A stretch of DNA of 64,000 nucleotides from Lepidodermella squamata (Eukaryota; Animalia; Gastrotricha): contig JBLDXI010000024.1 of assembly GCA_047495785.1 (NCBI GenBank), forward strand, positions 4,216,001 to 4,280,000, given 5' to 3'. Made by a program: the position numbers and the translations under genes. The notes below the pieces were generated by a model that saw only the letters and a list, made by a program, of their open reading frames with translations, was not told the DNA's origin and made no database searches. Positions 1 to 13,700 of this stretch are shown here, piece by piece; within the stretch, counting starts at the first letter, position 1, and each line of letters begins with the position of its first letter.

Positions 1-3000
1 TCCTGGCGCGCTGCACGTTCCACCGTTTTTGCAACCTCCAATGCCGCTACAAACGGCTGGGAACAAAATTGAATCAGTTCGACTTTTATTTAATTGAACG
101 ATTTTTACAATACCTGTGTTACAATTCGCCCCGGTCCATCCAGCTGTACAAGTACAAGTATTAGCGGTAACGCAAGTGCCGCTATTCAAACAGCCACCCA
201 GAGCAGTGCAATCGGCTTGGGTAAGATTAAGATGAATATTGAGAGCTGAATTGGCACAATTAGAGCCAAACTTACGAATTGAACAGTTGCTACCAATCCA
301 TCCTGAGGTACAAGTACAGGTGTTGGCTGATGAGCATACACCGTGCCCTGAGCAGTTATTTCGAGACGAACAATCCGCTGAAGTCAAATAGAGCGTGAAA
401 TCCTACGAAAAATCAACTCTGAGAGCCAAATTACCAACGCTGCAGTTTGTTCCCATCCAGCCGGCTGGACAGCTACAGGTGTTTGGCGCCGTACAAGTGC
501 CAGAATTTCGGCAATTTCCGATAGAGGAACAGTCCGCTGTTTGGAAAGAAATCATTTAGCTAGTGATTTTTCAGCAATAAGATGATTTACGATTTGAACA
601 GCTTGGTCCAAGCCATCCGGCTGTGCAAGTGCACGTATCTGGCTGCGTACAACTGCCATGTCCGGAGCAGGAGTTAACAGCAAGGCATGTTGCTATGGGA
701 AAGCCATAACGATTAGATGGGAAGTAATTAAAATCTTACCGGTGCTGCAATCAGATGATGTCCACCCTGCAGCGCATGTACAAGTGTTAGGACTGCTGCA
801 CGTGCCTCCATTCTTACACACACCGAGACTGGCACAGTTAGCTATGAAATAGTTTGAAAAGAATTTCTGCCAATACCCTCACGTGGAAACTTACGCGTGT
901 TGCAGCTCGCTCCAAGCCACGAAGCTGTACAGCTACATGTATTCGCATTAACACATGTCCCTCCGTTGTTGCAGCCTCCAATCGACGAGCAGTCAGCTAA
1001 AAAATATGTATGCTGTATTTATTTGACAGACTTGCTTATAAAACTTACGGGTAGCGCAGTCCAGTCCAGTCCAACCAGAGTTGCAGGAGCAAGTGCTTGC
1101 AGCGGAGCAAGTTCCATGGCCGGAACACTCATTCCGAGTTGAACAATCAGCTGAAATTAGAAATTATAGAGGAATTAAAATAAAATATACAGCATTTCAA
1201 CACTCACGCGTTGAACAATCTGTTCCCTTCCAACCAGCACTGCAAGTGCAAGTGTTCGCAGCAGAGCAAGTGCCACTGTTTTGACAACCGCCAGGGCAGT
1301 CAGCTGAAAGACAAAATGTTGAATTGCAGAAATTCGCAGCATTTCCCTTACGCTGCGAGCAGTTGGCATTTATCCATCCAGCCGAGCAGCTGCAAGTGTT
1401 GGCAGTAACGCAAGTACCATGACCAGAGCAACTGTTTCGAATGGTGCAGTCAGCTAGGTAGCCATTTGCCGAATAAAGGAATTAGGGGATAACAGATTGA
1501 AAATTGCATATTACCTGTTGCGCAAGTTGTACCGGCCCAACCAGACGAGCAAGTACAAGTATCAGGAGCAGAACACACTCCGCTATTCTGACAACCTCCA
1601 ATTCCTGAACAGTCAGCTTAAATAAAGGCATACTTCAGAGCAATGGAATCCTAATTTTTCCATCTTCTTACGAGTCGCGCAATCCAAGCCAGTCCAACCT
1701 GCACTACAGGTGCAGACATTGGGCGATGTGCAAGTTCCGTGACCGGAACAAGAATTTCGGGCCGGACAAGTTGCTTCAAATCAATTATCATTTTAATTTG
1801 GTGTGATTTCATGGAAACAAATCATACCAACACTGCAGTCTGCAGTTGTCCATAGAGCAACGCAGGTGCAAGTGTTGGGACTGTTGCAAGTGCCTCCATT
1901 CTTGCACCCACCGAGACTGGCGCAATTAGCTATCAAATCGTACTTGAAGTATTTATGCCGAGCACTGCATGCGGCAACTTACGGGTGCTGCAGCTAGCTC
2001 CAACCCACGAAGCTGTACAACTGCATGTATTCGCATTAACGCACGACCCTCCGTTGTTACAACCTCCAATCGATGAGCAGTCAGCTGAAAAATATGGGTA
2101 GGTTCGTCTGATGGATATGGCTTCATTAAACTCACGGGTGGCGCAGTCCAGCCCGGTCCAACCAGAGTTGCAGGAGCAGGTGCTAGCAGCGGAGCACGTT
2201 CCATGGCTAGAACACTCATTTCGTGATGAGCAGTCAGCTGAAGTTGGAATTAGATGGGAAATAAAAAATGTAATTGATGTCTTTGAACTCTCACGCGTTG
2301 AGCAATCTGTTCCCTTCCAACCAGCACTGCAAGTGCAAGTGTTCGGCGCTGTACATGTGCCGCCGTTCTGGCAACCACTGGGGCAGTCAGCTTAACGATA
2401 AAAAGATCAATAACTCCATTAGTTAGATTTGTTGAAAATTCATTACGCTGCGAGCAGTTTGCATTTATCCATCCAGCAGAACAGCTACAAGTATTTGCAG
2501 TAACGCAAGTACCGTGACCAGAGCAGCTGCTTCGTATTGTGCAGTCCGCTAAAGACGTTCGCCGAAATATGAACTACGGGCAAATTTTAATTTTATTAAA
2601 CTAACCTGTTGCGCACGTTGTACCGACCCAACCAGACGTGCAAGTGCAGGTATCAGGAGCAGAACATACTCCGCTATTCTGACAGCCTCCAATTCCGGAA
2701 CAGTCAGCTAAAAGTTGAACATACTGCAGAACATCAACTCAAGAATTCAAGAAATCTTCTTACGTGTCGCGCAATCCAATCCAGTCCACCCAGCGCTACA
2801 GGTGCAGACGTTGGGCGATGGGCAAGTTCCGTGACCGGAACAAGAATTCCTAGCCGGACAAGTTGCTTCAGATAAATTAAGAAATCAATCTCTGAGGGAT
2901 TGGATGAAAGAAAATCATACCAACACTGCAGTCGGCTGTAGTCCATAAAGCCACGCAATTGCATGTATTGGGACTGCTGCAAGTGCCTCCATTCTTGCAA

Positions 3001-6000
3001 CCACCAAGACCGCTGCAACTCGCTAGAAGCTATCAGTTTTAAGAATTTCGCTCAGGTGTCATACAAATAATTCACGTGTATTACAGTCCGCCCCTAGCCA
3101 ATTTGCGTCGCAAGAGCAGGTATCTAGCCCAGTGCATGTTCCATGACTTGAGCAATTGTTCACCCCCCGGCAATCGCCTATTTAAAAGGGAATAATCTAC
3201 GACGTATTGATCGAGCAAAAATTTACGCGTTGTGCAATTTGCTGCTATCCAGCCCGAAGCACACGTGCATTGATTTGGCGCAGTGCATACCCCTCCATTC
3301 AAGCAGCCACCTAGCGACGAGCAATCAGGAACGCAAGTACCAACACTTCCGCTCCATTGCTTGTTCACGACACAGGTCAAAAGCGCGGAGCTCAACCTAG
3401 TATCGTTGAAAACATAGCCAGCCAAGCAGTCGTAACGCCATACCGCGCCTCGAACATCTCGTTGGTCCACAGGAATCACAGAAGGGGTGGTAAAGTTGTT
3501 CGTAGTGTTGGGGAAAATAGGGGGTTGGGTCAAACACCGAGTTGAGTTGCATTGGGGAGCCCCGCCAGCCCAGCTCCCATAAGGCGGGGCACAAACTTGG
3601 CTCAAACTCCCAGAAACCAATTCGGTATTCGTATCACAAACATAGGTGAACGTGAGATTGCCACCGCTGACGATGGGCGTTGGCTGTAGAATGGCATTGC
3701 TATTAGGGAAGTCGGGTAACAGTCCACACAAAGACGTGCATTGCAGCCGAGTCCCTTCCCACCGTTTAGTCGCCGTGTTGCAAGTGAAAACTGCGAAGTT
3801 AGCCGAGCTGGAGTAACCACGTAGGCATGTATAGTTTACAGACATTTGCGTAGGCATGTTGACTATAGCCAGGTTTGTCCCGCTGATACCAGGCGGTGGC
3901 CCGCATACCGTTGAAACATGGGTGCATTTATCCATCCGGAAGTAAGAGTCATACGCAGCGTTAACAGTGCCAATTCCAGCTACGCAGGTCGCCGATCTGA
4001 GCTCACAACTAGAAATTCGGTCCCAAATAGCGACCGTGCATTCGAAGGCTTGAAGATTCGTACATTGCGATGTGCAGGCATCAGCAGAAGCCACGCTTGA
4101 AATTGTGGTCGAATTCCCAGTAGCTTGGCATCGGAAATTGCGGGCGATAATGTAACGGCCCCTTGGCCCCGCTCGGCGAATTTTCATTTCAACGAACTGT
4201 TGATTCATCGCAGTGTTGTTGTAGGATTTCCAGTAAATTCCCGTCAGCCCCGAATTTGCGTAAGGAGCGTTCAAGTTGGACCAAAGAGTTCCCGTGCTGC
4301 ACGGTGCGTCAAGCCACCATCCTCCAGTGCCACAATCGTCTACTATGAACTTATTGCCATTAAGTTGACTCAACGAATCGCCAGCTGTTGAGCAGCCTTG
4401 GTAACCAGTAGCTGTGATTTTGTACAAATCCGTGGTTAGATAGAACGTATTGTATAGGGCGAATGCATAGCCATTCGGTCCATACATCTCAACAAGCAGC
4501 TCGTAGCGCTCAGTCTCAGTCATAACCCTGATACTGCTCAGCCCGAGCCAAAAGTTAGCATTCAAAGAGCCGAATGAATTCGTGTAAGTAGGTAAATCCT
4601 GCATGAAGCTTTGCGAGGAATTCATGCGGCGCATTATTGTAATCCATCCTCCGCCTTTCAAATCAGTCAAGTTATCAAAGTTTTCAGAAAAACAAGTTTT
4701 CAGACTCTTACCCATAGTTTCTTGGTCACACCACGCTGTTATTGGATTGTATTCCTCGGGTCTTGATATAGACATTTGCCCAGATATGAATTTCAATGGA
4801 CCACCAGTTTGCTGCTGCAGGAAAGTGCAATCAAGACTAGGAGTCATGGTGGCTGCAAATAGGAATTAGCCAAATCAAGCATTACAATAGGGGGATTTAT
4901 TTACGCCAATATCTTGGCTGAGTTCCAGCGTATTTGTAACCGTAAGCTGCCCCCAATCTCATTCTTAGTTGGTCCCCAAACCTATACTTGAACGGATACA
5001 CTTGGATTTGTTGGAAGATCTCTTCGTTTCCATCGTCGAGCATAAAGCTTTTCGACGCATATGGGAGAGTTTCGGGATCGGCTAGAATAACTCATCAAGT
5101 CACACAAATTGCGCAGCGTGTTTTTGAAACTTGCATTTTCTTCTCACAGCCATCCATGACCCGGCCATCCTCACATTCGTAGGTGCTACGGTAGACCATG
5201 CAAGGAGTTGATTTGAGGTTGAGGAGCCCAAAATGTTGTTTAGATGGGACTGATACGAACAGTCTGACTTCAGCCACCATCCTCCGGGGAATCCGCAACT
5301 AGACGCTGGACCAGTAGTTGAAGTCGAGAAGTTCTGAAAGTTGTGATTTGTACTCAACGCGTCACCGCCGGTCGATGAGCCGTCGAAGTACATGAGGTAT
5401 AGCATGTAGCCATAGTTGCCCTCAAGCACGGTGAAATCCCACCAATGCGAAAAATAGGAGGTGGCATTTCTTGAATCATCGATCTTTACTAGAAGCTCGT
5501 AAGCGCTATTTCCAACAATAGCATTGATGTTATCTAGCCCTGTGAGCAAAATGCAGTAGGCTCAGTTAATAACCGATAATTATCAATTATTAATTTACTT
5601 ACCAATCCAATATTCACTTGCCGATGTGACGGTGGCGCTTTTGAAACCAACCTGATACGCTTGATATGATTGGTCGAAATTTACAGTGCTTGCAGGCCCA
5701 CGTTTCTGAATAACGGTCCAGCCTCTTGAGGACACAACGGGCAAAGCCGCGTTGAGGCATAGAACCTGACTGGGAGTACCAGCAAACGGGAAAATCCAAT
5801 AGACACCATCAGGGCTAGCGTTGTTTTGATCATAGATATCAGCGCATTCAGTCGGCTTTTGAAAAAGTGGTCTTATCATCATCATGACCATTCTTAGCGA
5901 GCTGGTTCGGCCATTCCAACTGGCCCAAGTTATGCCCTGCTCGTAAGTATTGTCCATTGCGGCACCGTTAAGGTTCGAGTCGAGGAACGACCCTCCACTG

Positions 6001-8734
6001 AAGGCTTTGAACCACCAGCCCCCGGTTCGATTTGCTATCACTTGAAAGGCTTGGCCGTTGTGTGACGATAGGGAATCCCCTGGAGCTTCAGGGTCGCTCA
6101 GCCAATTGTAGTTTGAAACGCTGAGCGTGTAGCTATTCGCAGAGCCAGATATGCTGAACGTCTTATATCGAGCTGTACGTCTAGCTCCGAAGACGTCTTC
6201 CATTACGATGGCCAACTCATAAGGATGGCTTGTAGAAGTCATCTTACTGATGACAGAGTTACCAAGATAGAAGCCAGTACTCATCGTGCCGAAACCTGTT
6301 TCATACGCAGCGTAATTCTGGTTGAAATCAGTGGTACCGCCTTGATAGTTCCGTTGGATAACTGTCCAACCTCCGCCATTGGCGCCCATTTCACAGTAAA
6401 CCTGCTTAGGATCAGAAGATTGACCGAGTAGGTATATTGTGTACACTCCAGTGGCTAAATTTGGCTTGTTGAATTGAAGATCAGCACAGTCGATGGGCCA
6501 AGCAATCTTCGGTGTTTTATCTATGAAGGGTGATTCAAATGTGAGATATTTTGACTTTCAGGTAGCTTACAAGGTACTCCGCTATATAGATCCGCTCGCC
6601 TGATCATTATTTGGGCGGTCTTCATCGACTCGCAGCAGCCTTTCCATGTTGGCCAGTTTACGCCCTGTGCGGAATTAGTGGTACCGTATATTCTGCGTAA
6701 ACGGAATAAACAAAAGGTCTAGTAAATAAGTGGGCAATCTGTTACCCATTGAAGTTTCCGGTACAAGCAGTGTTGTACCACCAGGCTGCCACATTAACAG
6801 AAGCGCAATTCGCAGCGTTTGCATCATTGTCTTTATCTTTCGCCGAGAACTTCCGGCCGTTACCTGCGGAGAACGAATCCTGCATATTTCCGCCAATGAA
6901 CGACCCAAGCGTTAGCGTATGATCCGCACTACTATCAGTGACTCTGAAACTGCTGTAGTAGGCCATGCCCATGAAGTCGTCGAAAGTTGTCGCTGTGAAT
7001 ACAAGTCGAAAAACGTTGAAAACACTCGTCAGAGCGCTTAGTGGCTGCAGGCCGAGCCAAAAGTTGGCTGATTTATTGCCGAAACCATTAGTGAAGCTGG
7101 TGAAAGTTTGATCGAAATTCTGGGCGTTGCTAACTCGCCGCTGGAAAACAGTCCAGCCGCCTCCGAATAGATCCATGTCACAATAGGTTGAAAACGGCGG
7201 TTTTGTTGGCGGGTTTATTGTGTAAACTCCACTGGGTGCATTCGGCTGGTTGAAAGCTAAATCCTCGCAATCCATAGGAGGCATGATCCATTTATCTAGT
7301 TGAGGAATTGGACCATATTCATCGTTTGCTATGGTTCAAAATTTGAACATACCGCAATGAGGCCATGGATCCGGTGACGTGAACGTTGAAAGGTCATTCG
7401 CGTAACCCATGGGACATTTACAGCCAGTGGGATCACAAGTCGTACAGCCAACGTGGCTTGGACATCCATATATAAGAAATCTCATCCTTGTTTCCGGCAT
7501 ACTCAAGCTGACACCGGTTGGATGAACCCTCAAACGCCTTGTTCTTACCACTGGGCAAAACATCGTGGGAACGAAATTTGTCGGGCTAGTAGATCCCGCG
7601 TTGCTGAACGATCTCGGTTGATTCGTTGAATCGTTCATGTTCGTGAGCACAGGGTAGAAGAACGAGCCTAGAGATTGTCTGGCCTGGAAGCTAACCTGAA
7701 AAGAAGTCAGGTAACCCTGCGCGCCTCCACCAGCTACTGTTAATCTGGAGATTGAAATGTCTCGATTGAAGTTGAATTCGATAAAAGGTGTCACGTCCCC
7801 AGCCGCTGGTTGCCAGTAATTCGAGGTGGCTAGATTCCCGTTGCCGTTAGCGGCTGTTCCTGTGGACGAAGTGATCGACCCTCCCCAAGTGCTGATCAGC
7901 GCAATAAGCTCAGAGTTACACCCAGCAACTATAATTCAATGACAAAGCTATAGAGAAGACGGCCATAACTAATTAACTTACACGTCCCGCAAGATGAACC
8001 AGACCATTCTGGAGTGCAGGTACAAACTCCCGGTGCGGTACAAGTCCCTCCGTTTTGACAAGCTGGTGCACATTTCGGATTTGCACAAGTCGGCCCTTCA
8101 TAGGTACCGGGACACTGACACGTATTGCCAACGAGACATGTACCGCCATTCTGGCAAGGAGGGGTACATATCGCTGTGAAGTCCAATATATAGGGTAAAG
8201 GTACGAAAATCCAGGGAAATTAGCTTACGCTGATTGCAGTATTTCCCAGTTACTCCAGCGGGGCAATCGCAGTAGCTTTTCGTAGCCTGTGTATTGCAAG
8301 TTCCTCCGTTTATGCAGATCGGGTAGTCAAGGGCATTGTAAGAGCAGAAAAAAGTGTCTTCGTTGGAAAAAAATTCAGAGAATTCCTGCGCAACCCTAGA
8401 AAATCGAGGCAACAATACCTGTTTGCTGGCATACTATGCCGGAATAATTGCCAGCGCAGAAACACAGGCCATTCGTGCACGTTCCGCCGTTGGAACAATC
8501 GACGTTCTGCGCACATCGCGAGGGCACCGCTGTGTCGCAAAAGGTTCCCATCCATCCTACTTGGCAATAACACTGATTGACCCCTGTGCAATTTCCATGC
8601 GAACACGCTGGATTGCACTCTACAAATAACCCGTTTATTAAATTTAAGTTTGTTATGAGCAAAGAAATATTACGTGCATCAGCAGCATCAAACATACTCA
8701 TAATCGAAATCAAAATTATTAGAAAATGGGTCAT
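1..8734 (-). CDS. Multi-exon receptor paralogue A, 3' end outside the window: signal peptide, EGFs, discoidin/FA58C-like, 4 FReD, PAN-like, 3 sushi, then about 21 tandem EGF exons; probably a polycystin-1-like gene like paralogue B
   Basis: ATG at 8734 (MTHFLIILISIMSMFDAADA). FReD motifs YCDM..GGGWTVFQRR, FWLGL and GGWW occur four times; sushi C..P/YxC/W..C patterns; about 100-nt phase-1 EGF exons separated by 50-60 nt GT-AG introns from 3177 to the window edge. Domain order and several intron positions match 10715-24028. The polycystin C-terminus is inferred, not seen. Confidence 0.85.
740..2867 (-). repeat. Higher-order tandem duplication of a 7-EGF-exon block (period about 1.09 kb)
   Basis: Exons in 740-1774 match exons in 1829-2867 one for one (e.g. 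ttgaacaatctgttcccttccaaccagcactgcaagtgcaagtgttc near 1211 and a near-identical copy near 2298). The exon at 2921-3023 resembles the 740/1829 exon. Confidence 0.85.
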
Positions 8735-10714
8735 TTTGATCAAAATTGAGTTTACAACTGAGTTATATCATATGTATTACACACTAATTTTGGCGGAGTG
8801 GCTTGGCGCTGGCGTGTTCTTGCCAAGAGTTACAATTGTTTTTTTTTTATCATTATTTTTTAATGGCTTGATCAAATATCGAGCAATGCCTACTGACCTG
8901 AGAAAGAGCGATGGCTCTATTTCCATTGTTAAAGCAATTCATTTCCCTTTCCTGCTATGTAACATTGCAGCATCTAGCCGCATTCATTATTGATGAGTTG
9001 GACGGGGTGTCGCCATCTCGTCGATGGGTCCGTTTCTTCAGATGTGCTTCAGAACAGCGTCATAGGTAAGCATTTCAAAATTGATGAATGATGAGGATAA
9101 ATTTAGTCTGCTATCAGCTCCTCATCGATGCATACTCGGGGAATATTACTCAGAGTTCATTTGAAGAAAAGTCTGCGGAATTTTTTCATTAATTATAGAT
9201 CATTTCGATCAATTGTTCCACCAAAAACGTTTTTTTTAATATAAAAACCCTTCTCATAGAAAAATAGCGACACAAGCTGAATGAATGATTCATGAGCAAA
9301 ACGGTGTGTGAACTTGTTATATAGAATCATCGGCCTGGAAAAGGCTTGACAATCAATAAAAAAAGGCTGGAATGCCAATATACTTTTCTCGTAACTTCTC
9401 CTTACCTGCCGTAACTATCTAATTTCCAGGCAGGACCGAAAAAATGCAGGGATAGACCGCCTCGTCAGAATTAAAGCACTGGTTTTGCATCGATATTGGC
9501 CGGGAAAACAATCCCTTTTTGTGGTTAAAAATAGAAAATAAAAGTAATTAATATTCTAGCAAAATAGAAAAAACGTGATTATCGATCAGCTGCGAGCTTA
9601 TCTGAATATCTAGTTCAAGCAGCACTTTTACAGGGTCCAGGTGTGAGAAGCGCAAGAGGGTACGAGGGTGCCGTACCCAACTCGAGTCTTGGCAAGAAAA
9701 CCCTAAAAAGTACTCTTAGGTCTGATAAATTTTGGACGAAAATGGCCTGAAAGTACCATCCATGCTCACGGTTCACGGTTCCTTGGATTTTTGCTGTGCC
9801 AAATCTCATTATTGCATTTAATATTTTAGATGACCCGCCAAGCGATTTCGGCCTATAAACCTTTCATGGCAGAATTATTTATCTGCAGGAGAAAATATAT
9901 TTGATATTTGACGGCAATTCTAGGAGTTTTCGAACGCCCTGATCACGATCCGTTTGTCTTCATCTATCACCGTTAAGGCTGTACTAAACTGTCCAAAATC
10001 GTCCTATCCGCCCACTGGCAGCTGATTTCAGTCGATTTTTAAAACAATTAGAATTGCAGATTATAAATTACTCCCACGAATTTCCTTAACATTCTCCCTC
10101 AATCATATCACCGATCAAAAGGACAATCGAGAATTCATTTAATTCAATTTTCTGCGGATTTTCGGAAATCGAAATTCCGAAATCGTCCTTCCCCCGAAAA
10201 GACAACATCTGACGCATAAAAATCACTAGTGCATAATACCCCCTTTTCGAATGATTGCAGACCTAGATGGCGGAAATCGCTTGGCGGGTCTCATTCATTT
10301 ATTTGAAAGCTCATACGCCCAAGAGAGGACAGCTTGACAATGTTATGGAAATCTCAAATATCTCCGCCCTTAGACATTCAGACTCACAATCTGGTTTTCT
10401 TTTCTATGAAACAAGTGTACATATCACTCAAACAATGGCTTCCTTTTACCATCACCAATCTTTTCCTTTGTTTCTTGATTATCTTTCTTCGAAATTAGTC
10501 ATCAGAGAGCAGAAAAACGGCAGATAACATTACTACCACCGCCACCACCGCTATTATTTGGAAGTCACAGCTTCAATGCAGTTACATTACACCTAAAATG
10601 CCGTGTGAAGATCAGGGAATTTAAAGTTAATTATTTATGATTATCCAGTATTTTAACCTGCTTACATCGCGTGCACATAGAATGAATGTACCTAGTGCCT
10701 GGAAAAATCAGTAT

Positions 10715-13700
10715 TCAATCGAAATGAATGTCTTTCGAAACGTCATGCTGACTGAATCTCCTCATAAAATCGTAGTGAGCCCGGCTGTTATTTTGTTTCA
10801 AAGCTGGAATCAGTGGCTCAATAGAGGCTATTCTCTTCGGTCTCCGACTGCCAACTGCCGATCGCGCTTCTTTCAAATATTCCTCTGCCAATCTGATACT
10901 ACAAGTTGTTCGCTTATCTTCATTGAAAAGCGAAGACGCATTGACCAACGAATCGATATGCTTTGACAATCGCTCAATCGAGAGATGAACTAATTTCGAT
11001 TCATTTCAAAAGAGGAATACAGTCAATTCGAATGGAAAAACTTACGATTGGACTGGCCGTTAGGTTTGTCATTCCCCAGAGGGTCCAGGTCAGTTTTGGC
11101 TCCTTTTCCATAGGATACGAGCTTCTTCAGTTCTTCAGCCATGTAATCCGCGACTTCTTTATCCCAGTCGGTAGTCCCTTCAGCGTTGTCAGATATCTTA
11201 CCATAGGTTACAGTAATGATTGTCATAAATATTTGGACGGCTAAGAACATCACAATTGACGAATAAGCTACGCAGTAGACCATGATGAATCGAGACTCAG
11301 ATCCCAAGGCGATTAAGTTCCCTGTCACACCAATCACATTCTGAATGAGTGTCATCAGAGATGCAGTCATTGATCTGAACTCGCTCTGGCTTGCACCAAG
11401 GGTCAGGAATCCAAGACCCGCAAACATACTGGTAATCATTGTGAATATTGCGATGAAAGTAGCAATGTCATTTCTGCCCTTCGACAAAGTAGCCAAAAAG
11501 ATGCACCAGTGCTTGTTAAACTTGAAATGACGGAAGAACAATAACATTGTCATGAAAAATGTCAATCCGTAAAGATTTGCCATCGCCTCGTCCCAGATAA
11601 CAAGTAGATCAAGATTAGTGAATGATGTACGGTCTGTTTGCATTTTCGTGATTACTTTGATGATGGCCGATATGCGGACGCAGAAGAGGCCGACAATGCC
11701 GAAAGCAATCAGTATCGATATCAGCTCTAATGAATTCCAGCCGTCTTTCAAGTGCTGCACCGCCCCGTTTTTCTTCATGAGATAGGCAACCTTGATTGCT
11801 TCACTGATGAGTAAGATGATCCACAACCCTTGGATGACGTATACAGCGGCACTGCTGGCGCCGGAGTACTGATAGAGCTGCAAAGGGTACACTCGGGTGT
11901 GGTAGTTCATGCCCCCAGCTGGCATAGCTTCGAAAACCACTTTGACGCTTAAGAACAGGTTTATTTGGCTATTGTACAAGTTGAAATCGACGAAAAGCAC
12001 AGAAGTTGCGTTATCCAGCCATCTGCCTGCTTTCAGGTAAGCAACAAGCTGCTGGGCTTTCCACATTTTGGTAGGTAGATCGACGTAGTAGCCATCGCTT
12101 CTGTAAATGGCAGACCAACCATTATATGGGATTCCAGCAGGATCTTCTCGATAGAGCCAGGGAGCGTCGAATGATGAAATATTCGATTTGTCAATCGAAT
12201 AAGGCGGTAAATAGCCCCATCCAAACGAGAAGTCACGATTTTCGGAGTTTGAGCCGAAGCCATAATTGTTCGCATAAAAATCTTGACATGCAATGCCACC
12301 AAGATTTTCTGGATAGCCGTCAATTACGGAAATGGGACAAGGGCGACTAGTTACTCGCTGCTGCTTGAGTCGAATCGGCCCAACCAAGACCACATCATGA
12401 TTTGGCACTACATACATGTTTTTCATATTGAAAATTCCGCCGTAGTTCAACTGGTTTCCGTTCAGGAAATTAGGGATGACTTTCTGGCTGAGCCAGTCGA
12501 GAATACGCCCGTGATCAGTTATCGGCTCCAGGACTTGCTGTGCCCCATCGAATACAACTAGTGGTCTGATATCATCGACTAGAGTGTATCTATATGTGTT
12601 CTGCGTGGTCGCAATCACTAGCGCAAAGGTGATGACGTATGCGATTTGATGGGCTATTCCAGCCAGCGTGTTGCGCGTTCGTTTGAATACGGTCGTTTTC
12701 TGTGAAGTGTTGTCTGAAAGAGAATGAATTTCAGTAGATGAAGATTTATAAATGAAAGTTGAATACTTCTTGAGTACACCAGCTTTCCCATTGCCATGCC
12801 GTCATCCGGGAGTTTCAGTAGAGACGAAGTGAACATGGAGATCAGGAGAACTTTCACCGACTGGACAACAATTATGTCTTGGACTATGTTCATTCCCATG
12901 CTTGAAAGCCATTGCAGAGACTTCTCGCTCCCCCATTGAAGGCTATATAAGATGACAACGGAGACGGAAACAATAATCGAGATTGCAACCACTGAAAAAA
13001 TGATTTTCTGTATAATAAACAGCGCAGTGCAGCTGAACTCACATGCCCATGCAATCCCAACAGTCCAAAATGGCAGCTGTATGGGTTTCTTCTTTTTCTT
13101 CTTTTGATCTGTCTCCGCGGCATCGTCTGTGTCATCAGGTTCTTTCACTGCAGCATTAAAGATGGTGATCCAGTTGCTCTTCTCAGCAGAACGCCGCTTT
13201 ACTCTTTTAAAGATGAAAGCAATAGCTGCTGTAGGAGGGATGATGATCAAGCAACTGGCCAAACTTGTGTATAACGTAAACCACGAAATGCGAAAGAAGC
13301 CACCAATATTTATCCCTATTCTCGGTGCGGAGCTTTCTTGCCCATAAAACAGACAGTTAACCATCATGGCCATGAAAAGTGCCGACACAACACAGGACAG
13401 CCGTTCAACACGGGTCCAGTTGCTGGGCAGAGGCCTTCTTATAATTGAAAGCCAGGGATGGCTATCAGTAATGCCGAGTCGCGAATGACTGGATACGAGG
13501 TATTTGAAGCTTTTAATGACATCTTCTGTCGCCAGATCAGACTTGACTCTGTCGCCGGACTGCATCTTTTGCTGAACTGGAAAAATGTACTTTTTGCCAC
13601 CATTCACATCGACAATTACGACCTTGTCCATGAAGATCTGAAAAGGGTTGCTACCAATTTCCCAAGGCTTGCTTATCACGTCAAGTTCGATTGCATCGAT

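Noticed and set aside
1-3177. Regularly spaced ~155-bp repeats resembling a CRISPR array
   Set aside because: Units are EGF-coding exons with GT-AG introns; repeats are not identical and there are no cas genes.
9000-10600. Possible transposon remnants between paralogues A and B (similar impression at 42300-43590 and 60000-60800)
   Set aside because: No TIR pair, TSD or coding motif could be identified by eye; needs a repeat-library search.
11023-12618. Stand-alone PKD2/TRPP gene
   Set aside because: No own ATG start; a short GT-AG intron joins it in frame to the PLAT-containing ORF, and paralogue C is continuous across this point.
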